A program made the translations under genes and the position numbers. The notes under the pieces are model-generated. The model was not told the origin of the DNA and did no database searches. It worked only from the letters and a program-made list of their open reading frames with translations. This document shows positions 1 through 9,955 of a DNA stretch of 34,320 nucleotides, piece after piece. Numbering within the stretch: position 1 is the stretch's first letter; every line of letters begins with the position of its first letter. Source of the stretch: Candidatus Cloacimonadota bacterium (GTDB taxonomy: Bacteria > Cloacimonadota > Cloacimonadia > Cloacimonadales > WRIO01); assembly GCA_029564175.1 (NCBI GenBank), contig JAKQQL010000342.1:1-34320 (forward strand), written 5' to 3'.

Positions 1-56
1 TAACTACTCAGGTACTTGTTTACACAATAAATGTGCATCTGCAAAATGTCAAAACG

Positions 57-190
57 GTTTGTAGGGATGTGCGAAACGGAGCTTGGGTAGTGCCGTACAT
101 CCGAAAAACAAAAGGATAACAACCTTGATCTGTGTATCATACAGGTATTCTAAGCGGACGTACGGCGCTTTGCTTCGTAAATCCCTACAG
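57..190. repeat. REP-like inverted doublet (REPIN-like), family A: GTAG + GGAYGTGCG...CGTACRTCC hairpin
   Basis: GTAGGGATGTGCGAAAC...CGTACATCCG at 61-103 faces CGGACGTACGGCGCTTTGCTTCGTAAATCCCTAC at 156-188; GTAG plus palindrome is the REP architecture. Confidence 0.7.
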
Positions 191-277
191 TTGCTATAAA
201 TTTATAATTTATTGCACAGCAATTATTACTGTTTTTTAAAATAATAACCAGTACCTGAGTAGTTTCAGTAGATCGTT

Positions 278-376
278 CGTATTTCAAGCGTCCCGCTTAT
301 TTCCTGTTTTTACAAGCTGGAAGTTTGCAGCACGTTTTCGGACGTACGGCGCTTTGCTTCGCACGTCCCTACAGAC
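278..376. repeat. Partial copy of the mosaic REP element (family C pair + family A)
   Basis: cgtatttcaagcgtcccgctt...caagctggaagtttgcagcacgttttcggacgtacggcgctttgcttcgcacgtccctac aligns with 23052-23150, 25421-25519 and 27793-27889; a further fragment (atccgtactgcaagcatcct) lies at 435-454. Confidence 0.75.
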
Positions 377-537
377 CATTTTTTTCCTTACTTAATGACA
401 TTGTGCTTATAGTACAGGCATTTACAACTTAACGATCCGTACTGCAAGCATCCTAAATTCAGGCTTTTCATAAAAAGATTGACCTATTTTAGTATTTATA
501 CTTTTTTGTATCAGAATAAAGTGAAAAAGGTAAGTCA

Positions 538-1911
538 TTGAATAAAGTACACATTGAAACACTCGGCTGTAAAGTCAACCAGTATGAATCATCAGCAATC
601 ATGGATAATTTGCTAAAAAGAGGCTTCGAAAAGGCAGAATCTCTTGAAGTTGCAGACATTTTCATTCTCAATTCATGTACAGTTACCAACCGAACAGATT
701 TTAAAAGCAGAAATATGATCCGACGATTTTTAGATTTGAAAGAACAAAATCCGGAAAAGATCATCATTATTACCGGTTGCTATGTTCAAAGAGAAAAAGA
801 GCAGGCTGAAGATTTGGGTGATATTGATGCACTGGTCGATAATAACAGCAAAAATATCATACCGGAACTGATTGAGAATCTGATTAAAAATCGCTCCATA
901 GAAACAGAATTGATTACCCCTTTTCATTCAATCAGTGAGTTTAAAGACTTCACAGAACTGCCTTCTGAGACAATGAACGATAAAAGCCGTGCCTTTATTA
1001 AGATTCAGGATGGCTGTCATTTTTACTGTGCTTACTGTGCTGTTCCATTTGCAAGAGGCAATCCGCGAAGTCGTCGTCCGGAAAGCATCATTGAGCAGAT
1101 CAAAAAAATGATTGGGTCAGGTTACAGAGAATTTGTACTCGCTGGTATCAATCAAGGACTGTACGGCATTGATTTTGAAGAAAAAAATCCGATTGCCAAC
1201 AATCTGGCAGAACTCATTCAGGCGATATGTGATATTCCTGAATATAAAAAAATCCGTCTGAGTTCGGTTGAACCTCAGCTATTTACCGAAGAGCTGATAG
1301 AGGTTATCTGTAAAAATGACCAGGTTTGCCCACATCTGCATATCCCTTTACAATCAGGCTCTGATACACTACTAAAAGCGATGAGAAGAAGATATGACAC
1401 TCATTTTTTTAAAACACTTATTGAAAAACTGATTCATAGAAGACCGGATATTGCTTTTGGATTTGATGTAATTGTTGGTTTACCAGGTGAAACGGATGCC
1501 CTTTTCGATGAGACATACCGTTTTTTGAAGGAGATGCCTCTCACCTATTTACACACCTTTATTTACTCAAAAAGAAACGGTACTGATGCAGCCAAAATGC
1601 CAAATCAGGTACATGGTAAAACTGCGAAAGAAAGAAGTCAAAAGCTGATCTCCCTCTCTTCTGAAAAAACGGCTCAGTATATCCAAACGCTTATCAATCA
1701 ACAAACCAGTCTGTTTTGTGTCGCAGAAACTGAAGATAAAGGCTATTTTCATGGCACATCAGATCATTATGTAAAATGCCACTTTAAATCTGATCAAATA
1801 AAGGTTAATCAGGGAGATTTAGTCATAATAAAACCGTTAAACGCATCTCATAATGAAGTTTACGCAGATATTAATGAGATTTTTTATCATTTAAAGAAGG
1901 ATAATTCATGA
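538..1911 (+). CDS. mtaB: tRNA N6-threonylcarbamoyladenosine methylthiotransferase (radical SAM)
   Basis: TLGCKVNQYES N-terminus, NSCTVT, KIQDGCHFYCAYC (CxxxCxxC), RLSSVEP; TTG start. Confidence 0.9.
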   Translation: MNKVHIETLGCKVNQYESSAIMDNLLKRGFEKAESLEVADIFILNSCTVTNRTDFKSRNMIRRFLDLKEQNPEKIIIITGCYVQREKEQAEDLGDIDALVDNNSKNIIPELIENLIKNRSIETELITPFHSISEFKDFTELPSETMNDKSRAFIKIQDGCHFYCAYCAVPFARGNPRSRRPESIIEQIKKMIGSGYREFVLAGINQGLYGIDFEEKNPIANNLAELIQAICDIPEYKKIRLSSVEPQLFTEELIEVICKNDQVCPHLHIPLQSGSDTLLKAMRRRYDTHFFKTLIEKLIHRRPDIAFGFDVIVGLPGETDALFDETYRFLKEMPLTYLHTFIYSKRNGTDAAKMPNQVHGKTAKERSQKLISLSSEKTAQYIQTLINQQTSLFCVAETEDKGYFHGTSDHYVKCHFKSDQIKVNQGDLVIIKPLNASHNEVYADINEIFYHLKKDNS

Positions 1912-2633
1912 TAGATATTAAAAATCTGAGTGTTGAACTCGGCGGAAAGCCCATCTTAGATGATATCAGTGTTAATATTCCAAATAATTGCAACACCATG
2001 ATTTTAGGTAAAAGTGGCTCTGGTAAAAGTGTCCTGATGAAAACAGCCATTGGGCTTTTTCCTGCCAAACAAGGAGAAATCCTCATAGACGGACAGAATA
2101 TCAATCACCTGAAACATCATGAACTCCAGGAAATACGCATGAATATCGGTTATCTGTTTCAGAATGCCGCATTATTTGATTCTCTGAATGTCTATCAAAA
2201 TGTTGCGTTTCCATTGATAGAACATAAAAAATTCAAGTCTGAAGCTGAAGTAATCAAAAAAGTGAAAGCAACACTTGAAGCCGTACAGCTACCTAATATC
2301 ATGGATAAAATGCCATCAGACCTCAGTGGAGGCATGAGAAAACGGGTTGGATTGGCAAGATCAATCATCATGGACCCTCAATATATCATCTATGATGAGC
2401 CAACTACCGGACTTGACCCGGTAACCGGTTCAGAAATAATTGACTTAATCGGATCTCTCCAAAAAGAACTAAAGATGACCAGTATTGTCATTACACATGA
2501 TATTGAATGTGTAGAACGACTGGCAGAACATGTTATTATGCTTGAACATAGCAATCTTGTTTTTGAAGGATCTTATAAAGACTTCATGCAGTCAGATCAT
2601 GTTCAGGTACAACAGTTTATATCGTTTTTCTAA
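1908..2633 (+). CDS. ABC transporter ATP-binding protein, MlaF/Ttg2A-like
   Basis: Walker A GKSGSGKS, FQNAALFDSLNVYQNVAFP, LSGGMRKRVGLAR, YDEPTTGLDP; ATGA overlap with mtaB. Confidence 0.85.
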   Translation: MIDIKNLSVELGGKPILDDISVNIPNNCNTMILGKSGSGKSVLMKTAIGLFPAKQGEILIDGQNINHLKHHELQEIRMNIGYLFQNAALFDSLNVYQNVAFPLIEHKKFKSEAEVIKKVKATLEAVQLPNIMDKMPSDLSGGMRKRVGLARSIIMDPQYIIYDEPTTGLDPVTGSEIIDLIGSLQKELKMTSIVITHDIECVERLAEHVIMLEHSNLVFEGSYKDFMQSDHVQVQQFISFF

Positions 2634-2682
2634 CTTTGTAAGCTCTACAAGTATGATGCTTGTATAAAAATTGGAAGTAAAT

Positions 2683-3402
2683 ATGAATACTCAGTTTCAT
2701 TTTTCAAAAAGTGATTTTATCGTCGTTCTGACCGGAGCAGGTATCAGTGCTGAATCCGGAATAAGGACATTTAGAGATAATAATGGGCTGTGGGAAAATC
2801 ATCCGGTAGATGAAGTCGCTACGCCAGAAGGGTTTATAACTAATCCAAAATTGGTTTGGCGTTTTTATAAGCAAAGATTCTTTCAGTTATCTGAAGTAAG
2901 CCCAAATCCAGGTCATTACGCATTAGTCAAACTTGAAGAATACATGGGAGACAATTTTTGTTTGATTACCCAGAATGTCGATGGATTACATCGAAGTGCA
3001 GGCAGTAAAAAGATTTATGAAATGCACGGACAGCTTGAAAAAGCATATTGTATCAATTGCCATAGCCATTATTCTTTATCTGAAATCAATCTGGCTCCTG
3101 AGATACCTAAATGCTTAAAATGTAATGCATACCTAAGACCAGATATTGTCTGGTTTGGAGAAGAACCCTATTATCTGCCACAGATTGATCAGGCATTACG
3201 ACAAGCCACTCATTTTATTACAATAGGCACCAGTGGCATTGTTTATCCGGCTGCTCAGTTTCTGATGTATGCCCGTTCATACGGAGTTCAAACGATAGGC
3301 ATCAATCTGGCAGAACCGGATAACAGAGCCTTTATCAAAGAATTTCATCAGGGTAAATCAGGAGAGCTATTACCTCTTCTTGTAGATTTATGGACAAAAT
3401 AA
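2683..3402 (+). CDS. cobB: NAD-dependent protein deacylase (sirtuin, class III-like)
   Basis: LTGAGISAESGIRTFR, TQNVDGLH, HG-CxxC...CxxC zinc site, LRPDIVWFGE, GTSG; YxxR (YKQR) typical of desuccinylases. ATG 2683 preferred over TTG 2671. Confidence 0.9.
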   Translation: MNTQFHFSKSDFIVVLTGAGISAESGIRTFRDNNGLWENHPVDEVATPEGFITNPKLVWRFYKQRFFQLSEVSPNPGHYALVKLEEYMGDNFCLITQNVDGLHRSAGSKKIYEMHGQLEKAYCINCHSHYSLSEINLAPEIPKCLKCNAYLRPDIVWFGEEPYYLPQIDQALRQATHFITIGTSGIVYPAAQFLMYARSYGVQTIGINLAEPDNRAFIKEFHQGKSGELLPLLVDLWTK

Positions 3403-3424
3403 GCATTTTTAATAAGGAGAAATT

Positions 3425-4279
3425 ATGTCTAAATACTTAATAACAGGCGGAAAAGGGATGCTTGCCTATGCGATCATCAATCATCCGTTCTTTAAAGATC
3501 ATTGTGCCTGTGATGTAGAAGATTTTAATATTTGTGATAAAGATCAGATGGTATCAGTCCTTGAAAAAGAAAAGCCGGAATATGTCATCAATTGTGCAGC
3601 CTATACCGATGTAACCAAAGCAGAAACTGAATATGATAAAGCATATCAAATAAATGCCACAGGTGCAAAAAACCTGGCTGAACTATCATTAGCGTATCAG
3701 TTTAAGCTCATTCATATCAGTACGGATTTTGTTTTTCCTGGAAATAAAGAGATAGAAAAATCTGAAAATGACGAAACTCAACCCGTTAATGCCTATGGTA
3801 AATCAAAACTTGAAGGAGAAGTGTTTGTAAACGCAATTGCTAAAGACCATTTAATCCTAAGAGTTTCATGGCTTTATGGTCCTAATGGGAGAAACTTTGT
3901 TTCAATAATCTCACAACTCATTAAAACAAAAGATGAATTGAATATTGTTGCTGATCAGTATGGAAAGACAACCTATACCGTTGATGTAGCCGAAGTATTA
4001 AGTCATTTGATTACGAAGCAGGCAAATGGCATCTATCATTTTGCTAATCAGGGAGTTAGTTCCAGATACGAATTCACGCAGGAAATATATCGACTCATCA
4101 AAGAATATGAAGAAGTTGATTGTACTATCAAGCCAATGAAAGCAATCGATTATCCGGATCCAACACCCAGACCATCCTATTCAGTACTTAATACGGATAA
4201 AATCAGCCAGCTTATCGATAAACCAAGACATTGGCGATCTGCTTTATCAGACTATATTGATCTGATTTATAGTAAATAA
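3425..4279 (+). CDS. rfbD: dTDP-4-dehydrorhamnose reductase
   Basis: ITGGKGML, NCAAYTDV, HISTDFVF, YGKSKLEGE, RPSYSVL; AGGAG RBS. Confidence 0.9.
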   Translation: MSKYLITGGKGMLAYAIINHPFFKDHCACDVEDFNICDKDQMVSVLEKEKPEYVINCAAYTDVTKAETEYDKAYQINATGAKNLAELSLAYQFKLIHISTDFVFPGNKEIEKSENDETQPVNAYGKSKLEGEVFVNAIAKDHLILRVSWLYGPNGRNFVSIISQLIKTKDELNIVADQYGKTTYTVDVAEVLSHLITKQANGIYHFANQGVSSRYEFTQEIYRLIKEYEEVDCTIKPMKAIDYPDPTPRPSYSVLNTDKISQLIDKPRHWRSALSDYIDLIYSK

Positions 4280-4336
4280 AATGATTCATCAGGAATAAGG
4301 GCTTGATGAATGAATAAATCTAAAGGAGAGGGAATA

Positions 4337-4930
4337 ATGCTCAAAAGCACATCCTTGTTCAATACGATTGTATTGAGCAACAGTCAATTACAAGAAAAAC
4401 GTCATCTTGTATCAACATTCGCAGTTATCGGAGGATCAATCTTTATTGGTCTGATGTCACAACTGGCAGTAGTACTGCCTTTTAGTCCGGTGCCTGTTAC
4501 CGGTCAAACCTTTGCTATCCTGTTACTGGCAATTACTATGGGTTTTCGGAAATCCACTTTAGCAGTTTTAACATTTCTGGCTCAGGGTTTATGCGGATTA
4601 CCTGTTTTTGCGAATGGGGCTTCAGGTCCGCTTTACTTTGCTGGCCCTACCGGAGGTTACCTGATTGGTTTCTTACTGGCAAGTGCAGTCGTTGGATTTA
4701 TGGCTGATAAAAATTACTCAAAAACATACCTGGGGGCTTTTTTGAGTATGATTGCTGGCAGTTTGATAATATACCTTTGTGGTTTTAGCTGGTTATCTGT
4801 ATTTTTAGGAGCCGAAAAAGCATTTACAGCCGGAATATTACCATTTATTGCAGGCGATCTTATAAAAATTATGCTGATTAGTATTAGTTTACCTCTTTCA
4901 TGGAAACTTTACAAAAAGTTAAGCTTATAA
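4337..4930 (+). CDS. bioY: Biotin transporter S-component
   Basis: PFSPVPVTGQTF, GLPVFA, GPTGGYLIGF, PFIAGDLIK; hydrophobic; ATG 4337 follows GGAG. Confidence 0.9.
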   Translation: MLKSTSLFNTIVLSNSQLQEKRHLVSTFAVIGGSIFIGLMSQLAVVLPFSPVPVTGQTFAILLLAITMGFRKSTLAVLTFLAQGLCGLPVFANGASGPLYFAGPTGGYLIGFLLASAVVGFMADKNYSKTYLGAFLSMIAGSLIIYLCGFSWLSVFLGAEKAFTAGILPFIAGDLIKIMLISISLPLSWKLYKKLSL

Positions 4931-4977
4931 AGAGATACGGCTAAAACACATAACAAAATAACTATAATCCCTTATAT

Positions 4978-5008
4978 AGAGCCACTTTACGGTGGCTCTT
5001 TCTTTTTT
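4978..5008 (+). terminator. Rho-independent terminator after bioY
   Basis: AGAGCCAC-TTTACG-GTGGCTCT followed by TTCTTTTTT. Confidence 0.8.
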
Positions 5009-5018
5009 AAAAAAAAAC

Positions 5019-5047
5019 TTGACCTCTTTATTCTATTTTGTTATAAT
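5019..5047 (+). promoter_or_regulatory. Sigma70-type promoter for the histidine kinase
   Basis: TTGACC-17 nt-TATAAT with extended TG. Confidence 0.7.
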
Positions 5048-5087
5048 ACATATCGAAAAGGGAGACCGATAAAAGGGAAGGTGTATT

Positions 5088-6242
5088 ATGGAGATTAAAA
5101 CCTTTTTTGCAAGTGCATACAGAGAGAGTGATACCATTTTAAAAAAATGTAATGAGATTTTAAAAAGTCAAAATTATGTCATAAAACTACTGGATGCAAT
5201 CCCAACGACTGTAATATTACTCAATAAACACAGACAAACGGTATATTGCAATCATAATTTTCTTGAGATGCTCAATATTGAAAGTGAAGAGCAGATTATC
5301 GGGATGCGACTTGGAGAAATCCTTCACTGTGAAAATGTCCTAAATGCTCCATCCGGTTGTGGAACCAGTTTGTTTTGTAAATATTGCCCGGCAGTTAATG
5401 CCATGCTAGACAGCCTAAAAGGCAAGAGTTCTACGATAGATTGTAAAATCAATATCATCAAAAATGGTGAGCATGATTATCTGGAACTTAGAGTTACAGC
5501 AACTCCTCTAACTTTAGGAAAACAAGATTATATCTGTTTTTCAGTAAGTAATATCACCGATTTTAAACGGCTTAACCTTCTTGAACACATCTTCATCCAC
5601 GATATATCCAATACCGTAACTGTCATTCAATGCATTACAGACTTGTTGAAATATACTCAGGATAGCTATGAAATTGCAGACCTTCTTGATAATTTATTTA
5701 ACATGACTAAGCAACTCAGTGAAGAGATTCAATCACACAGAGAATTAATTCTTGCAGAAAATAATGAGTTAAAGCTCAACATTCAAAATCTTGATTCTAC
5801 TTTTGATTTCTTACAAGAGTTTAAATACAAATTCAGAGTACATCAAAATGCGATCAATAAAACAATCCAAGTGAGTAATGAATCTGTCTTTATGGAAATC
5901 ATCACTGAGATTACTCTTTTAAAGCGAATATTTGGCAATATGTTAAAAAATGCGCTTGAAGCTTCTTCTGAAGGAGATATTATCCACATTGGATGCTTCT
6001 ATAATGGTGATGACAAAATCAGTTTCTATGTTCATAACCCACAGGTAATGATCGAAGAAGTAAAAGCGAACCTGTTTAAACGTGCTTTCTCAACAAAGGG
6101 AGTAAATAGAGGCTTAGGAACATACAGTATCAAGTTACTTACTGAAAAATACCTCAAAGGAAAAGTCAGCTTTAAATCTTACCCTGAATCAGGAACCACT
6201 TTTACGATAACAATACCAGTAAATCTAAAGAAGCATGTTTGA
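5088..6242 (+). CDS. PAS-domain sensor histidine kinase (soluble, orphan)
   Basis: PAS-like N-terminus with Cys cluster (CGTSLFCKYC), H-box HDISN, N-box GNMLKNALEA, FSTKG...RGLGTY. Confidence 0.85.
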   Translation: MEIKTFFASAYRESDTILKKCNEILKSQNYVIKLLDAIPTTVILLNKHRQTVYCNHNFLEMLNIESEEQIIGMRLGEILHCENVLNAPSGCGTSLFCKYCPAVNAMLDSLKGKSSTIDCKINIIKNGEHDYLELRVTATPLTLGKQDYICFSVSNITDFKRLNLLEHIFIHDISNTVTVIQCITDLLKYTQDSYEIADLLDNLFNMTKQLSEEIQSHRELILAENNELKLNIQNLDSTFDFLQEFKYKFRVHQNAINKTIQVSNESVFMEIITEITLLKRIFGNMLKNALEASSEGDIIHIGCFYNGDDKISFYVHNPQVMIEEVKANLFKRAFSTKGVNRGLGTYSIKLLTEKYLKGKVSFKSYPESGTTFTITIPVNLKKHV

Positions 6243-6329
6243 TTTCTTCATTATAAAAGTCATTCCAAACAACATGGTACTTGACAATTTTACATACATA
6301 CTGAAGATGTTCAATTGGAGGGTATTGAT

Positions 6330-8003
6330 ATGAAGTATAAAAGAACTCCTATTGGAATTAGCGATTTTAAAAAATTAAGAGTAGGTAACTGCTATTGGAT
6401 TGATAAGTCCTTATTCATAAAAGATGTTGTCGAAAGCGCTGAAGTATTACTTTATCCTCGTCCGCGCCGTTTTGGTAAAACCATCAATCTATCTATGTTA
6501 CGATACTTTTATGATTGTAGAGAAGACAATTCCTCTCTTTTTTCTGATCTGGCTATCAGCCAGGAAGCAGAGATCATGCAAAAACAAGGTAAATACCCTG
6601 TTATATTTTTCACTTTTAAAGACGTTAAAGGAAATGATTTTGAGCAATGTTTGGATGCCATCCGACTTATTATCAGCCAATTATATCTTGAACACATTTA
6701 TCTGCTGGATTCAGATTTTATGCATCCCTTCGAGAAATTCATTTACAATCAGATAATTGAGAAAAAATCAAATCAGGCTGAGTTAGAACATTCAATAAAA
6801 AAACTAGGTGATTTTCTTAAAAAATACCACAAGGAGAATCCAGTTATTTTAATTGATGAATATGATATGCCCATTCATTCTGCTTATCTGAATGGTTATT
6901 ACGAACACTTGATTACATTTATCAGAAATATGCTCAGTGCCTGTCTGAAAGACAATGTAGTATTAGAAAAGGCTGTTTTAACGGGAATACTAAGGGTAGC
7001 AAAAGAAAGTATTTTTTCAGGGTTGAATAACCTAAAAGTGAATAGTATTCTTTCAAAAGAATCATCTGATAGATTTGGATTCACTGATAAAGAAGTCGAA
7101 AAGTGTTTGAAGGACTATGATTTGTCAGATAAACTTCAGATCGTCAAAGACTGGTATGATGGTTATAATTTCTACGATCATGAGATTTACAATCCATGGT
7201 CAATACTTAATTTTATCATGGAAAAACAAATTAAACCCTATTGGGTGAACACTTCTGGGAATGATCTCATAAAATTATTGTTACAAAAAGCAAATTCAAC
7301 GACAAAGAAAGACTTGGAAATCCTGGTTGAAAAAGGGACATTATCTCGCGAGATTCAAGATAATATCGTATATGGTGAAATAGAGAATAATACCAATTCA
7401 TTATGGAACTTCCTGTTAATGAGTGGTTATCTTCGTTATGACAATCTTGTAGAAAATTATTTTTCTTGGTCAGCTGATTTAAAAATCCCTAATAAGGAAG
7501 TTCAGTATTTGTTTGAAACTCAGGTAATAAAGTCATGGTTCAATCTGGCAAATCAAGATATTCAGTTAGACAATGTTTTGGATGAACTTACAAGAGGTGA
7601 TTTAGATTCTTTTATAAAGGCATTTACTGATTTTTGTTTAGACTCATTCAGTTATTTTGATGTAAGCGGTAATGAACCTGAAAGGTTTTACCATGCTTTT
7701 GTCTTAGGTATGATCACATCTTTAAGACCAAGATATACGATAAGAAGTAACAGAGAATCAGGCTATGGCAGATATGACATTATGATGATTCCAGCTGATA
7801 AAAACCAAAGAGGTTTTATATTTGAATTTAAAAAGATTGACCAGTATGAAAAAGAGAACTTTGAGACTGCCCTTCAAAACGCAAAAAATCAAGTTGTACA
7901 AAAAAATTATGCCAGAGAATTGTTAGATCAGGGTATTCAGACTATCGTTTATGTAGTTGCAGTTTTTGACAAAAAAGAAGTAAAAGCTGAGTGGTTTGTT
8001 TAA
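6330..8003 (+). CDS. AAA-ATPase-like protein with C-terminal PD-(D/E)XK nuclease-like domain
   Basis: PIGISDF, RPRRFGKT, LIDEYD, LTGILRVAKESIFSGLNN, WYDGYNF, YNPWS, SNRESGYGRYD...IFEFK; ATG 6330 after GGAGG. Confidence 0.88.
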   Translation: MKYKRTPIGISDFKKLRVGNCYWIDKSLFIKDVVESAEVLLYPRPRRFGKTINLSMLRYFYDCREDNSSLFSDLAISQEAEIMQKQGKYPVIFFTFKDVKGNDFEQCLDAIRLIISQLYLEHIYLLDSDFMHPFEKFIYNQIIEKKSNQAELEHSIKKLGDFLKKYHKENPVILIDEYDMPIHSAYLNGYYEHLITFIRNMLSACLKDNVVLEKAVLTGILRVAKESIFSGLNNLKVNSILSKESSDRFGFTDKEVEKCLKDYDLSDKLQIVKDWYDGYNFYDHEIYNPWSILNFIMEKQIKPYWVNTSGNDLIKLLLQKANSTTKKDLEILVEKGTLSREIQDNIVYGEIENNTNSLWNFLLMSGYLRYDNLVENYFSWSADLKIPNKEVQYLFETQVIKSWFNLANQDIQLDNVLDELTRGDLDSFIKAFTDFCLDSFSYFDVSGNEPERFYHAFVLGMITSLRPRYTIRSNRESGYGRYDIMMIPADKNQRGFIFEFKKIDQYEKENFETALQNAKNQVVQKNYARELLDQGIQTIVYVVAVFDKKEVKAEWFV

Positions 8004-8054
8004 AAACTCAGTCGATTGAAACACAATCTTTAATTATCACATTACAAAATTAAA

Positions 8055-8083
8055 CAAAAAACAGCGGAGGATTTCTCCTCCGC
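8055..8083 (-). terminator. Rho-independent terminator after aspS
   Basis: GCGGAG stem pair at 8064-8083 followed on the minus strand by TGTTTTTTG. Confidence 0.7.
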
Positions 8084-8103
8084 ATAATAAATTAGAATTA
8101 AGT

Positions 8104-9891
8104 CTATTCTTTAGTATTAAGTGAAATACTTAATTCTTTAATTTGCTTTTCATCCACATGAGATGGGCATTGACTCATTAAATCAACCGCTTTCAATGTT
8201 TTAGGGAAGGCTATTACATCACGAAGAGATTCAGCTCCGGATAAGATCATCGCCATACGGTCTATTCCAGGTGCTATTCCACCATGAGGTGGTGTACCAT
8301 ATTTAAGGGCATTAAGGAAGAAACCAAACTTATCAGCCAGTTCTTCTTCGTTAAACCCAAGTACATCGAAAATCTTTTTCTGTATATCCCAGCGATGACA
8401 TCTGATACTACCGGATGATAATTCCATTCCATTACAAACCATATCATACAACTGACCAAGAATTTCACCATACTTTTCAGGCTGTTCAAAATATTCAAGA
8501 TGTTCTTCTTTTGGCATAGTAAACATGTGATGAGCAGGTTCCCATCTGTTTTGTTCATCGTTGTACTCAAAAAGAGGAAAGTCAGTAATCCAACAAAAAG
8601 CAAAGCTGTTCTCATCATACAATTTCAGTTCTTTACCTAACTGATTTCTCACACCTGCCAGTACTTTGTAAACCAGTTTATTCGTATCAGCAGCAAAAAG
8701 AATCAGGTCATTTGCTTTAGCTTGAGTTTTCTCTTTGATAGCTTGAATTTCTGTTTCACTGAGGAATTTTGCAATACCACCATCAAAACCATTATCTGTC
8801 ACTTTTACAAATGCCAGACCTTTACCACCTAAATGTTTAGCAAGGGCTGTCAGTTCGTCAATCTGTTTACGGCTATAATGAGCACAATTCGGAGCAACAA
8901 TACAACGAATTGAGCCTTTTACTTCAAATGCAGACTTAAATACCTGGAATTCAGAGTTTTTAACGCTATCGCTTACATCAATTAACTCCATACCAAAACG
9001 AAGATCAGGTTTATCAATACCAAATCTATCCATTGCTTCCTGCCAGGTTAATCTAACAAAAGGTGTCTGTAAATCATAATTGATTGTCTTTTTAAAAACG
9101 TGAGCAAATAAGCCTTCCATCAGCTCAAAAATCTGTTCCTGAGTAACAAAGCTCATTTCAATATCTAACTGAGTAAATTCAGGCTGACGATCTGCTCTCA
9201 GGTCTTCATCTCTGAAACAACGGGCAATCTGAAAATATCTGTCCATACCTGAGATCATTAAGAGTTGTTTGTAAATCTGGGGAGATTGAGGGAGAGCAAA
9301 GAATTTACCAGGGTGCACACGACTTGGTACCAGATAATCTCTGGCGCCTTCGGGGGTGCTTTTCATCAGAATTGGGGTTTCAATTTCATAAAAAGATTTT
9401 TGAGTTAGGTATTCACGAATAGCAAAAACCATGTTGTGTCTCATGATTAAATTTCTTTGTAGTTTTTCTCTTCTCAGATCAAGATATCTGTAAGTCAATC
9501 TTAAATCTTCTTCTGCCAGTATATTTTCATTCAGCTGAATTGGAAGCGCTTCACTGTCATTGAGTAATTTTGCTTCGGTAATATGAATTTCAACTTCACC
9601 AGTTTTCATATTCTTATTAATATTCTTCTCATCTCTTAGTGCTACAGTTCCCTTAACAGCCATGACATATTCATTTCTAACATCTTTTGCCACATCATAA
9701 GCCTGAGTCACATCAGGTGAAAACATACATTGAACATAGCCTTTGACATCGCGTAAATCAATAAAAATAAGACCGCCAAGATCTCTTCTGCGATGTACCC
9801 AGCCCATTAACAGAATTTCCTGTCCCTCAAGGCATTTATCAATATCACCACAATAGTGGCTTCTTTTCCAGTTACCAATTAAATCTAACAT
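8104..9891 (-). CDS. aspS: Aspartate--tRNA ligase
   Basis: GWVHRRRDLGGLIFIDLRD, STPEGARDYLVPSR, LPQSPQ, CFRDEDLRADRQPEFTQLD, PPHGGIAPGIDR. Confidence 0.97.
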   Translation of the reverse strand: MLDLIGNWKRSHYCGDIDKCLEGQEILLMGWVHRRRDLGGLIFIDLRDVKGYVQCMFSPDVTQAYDVAKDVRNEYVMAVKGTVALRDEKNINKNMKTGEVEIHITEAKLLNDSEALPIQLNENILAEEDLRLTYRYLDLRREKLQRNLIMRHNMVFAIREYLTQKSFYEIETPILMKSTPEGARDYLVPSRVHPGKFFALPQSPQIYKQLLMISGMDRYFQIARCFRDEDLRADRQPEFTQLDIEMSFVTQEQIFELMEGLFAHVFKKTINYDLQTPFVRLTWQEAMDRFGIDKPDLRFGMELIDVSDSVKNSEFQVFKSAFEVKGSIRCIVAPNCAHYSRKQIDELTALAKHLGGKGLAFVKVTDNGFDGGIAKFLSETEIQAIKEKTQAKANDLILFAADTNKLVYKVLAGVRNQLGKELKLYDENSFAFCWITDFPLFEYNDEQNRWEPAHHMFTMPKEEHLEYFEQPEKYGEILGQLYDMVCNGMELSSGSIRCHRWDIQKKIFDVLGFNEEELADKFGFFLNALKYGTPPHGGIAPGIDRMAMILSGAESLRDVIAFPKTLKAVDLMSQCPSHVDEKQIKELSISLNTKE

Positions 9892-9955
9892 AAAACCTCT
9901 TTTCTATTCTTGACTCTCAGCCATAATTGAGAAAGTCAACTGATGCCAGTTGACT

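Noticed and set aside
6330..8003. AAA-ATPase/PD-(D/E)XK gene as a novel defence system
   Set aside because: A common, often multicopy family in anaerobes; stand-alone here with no defence-island neighbours
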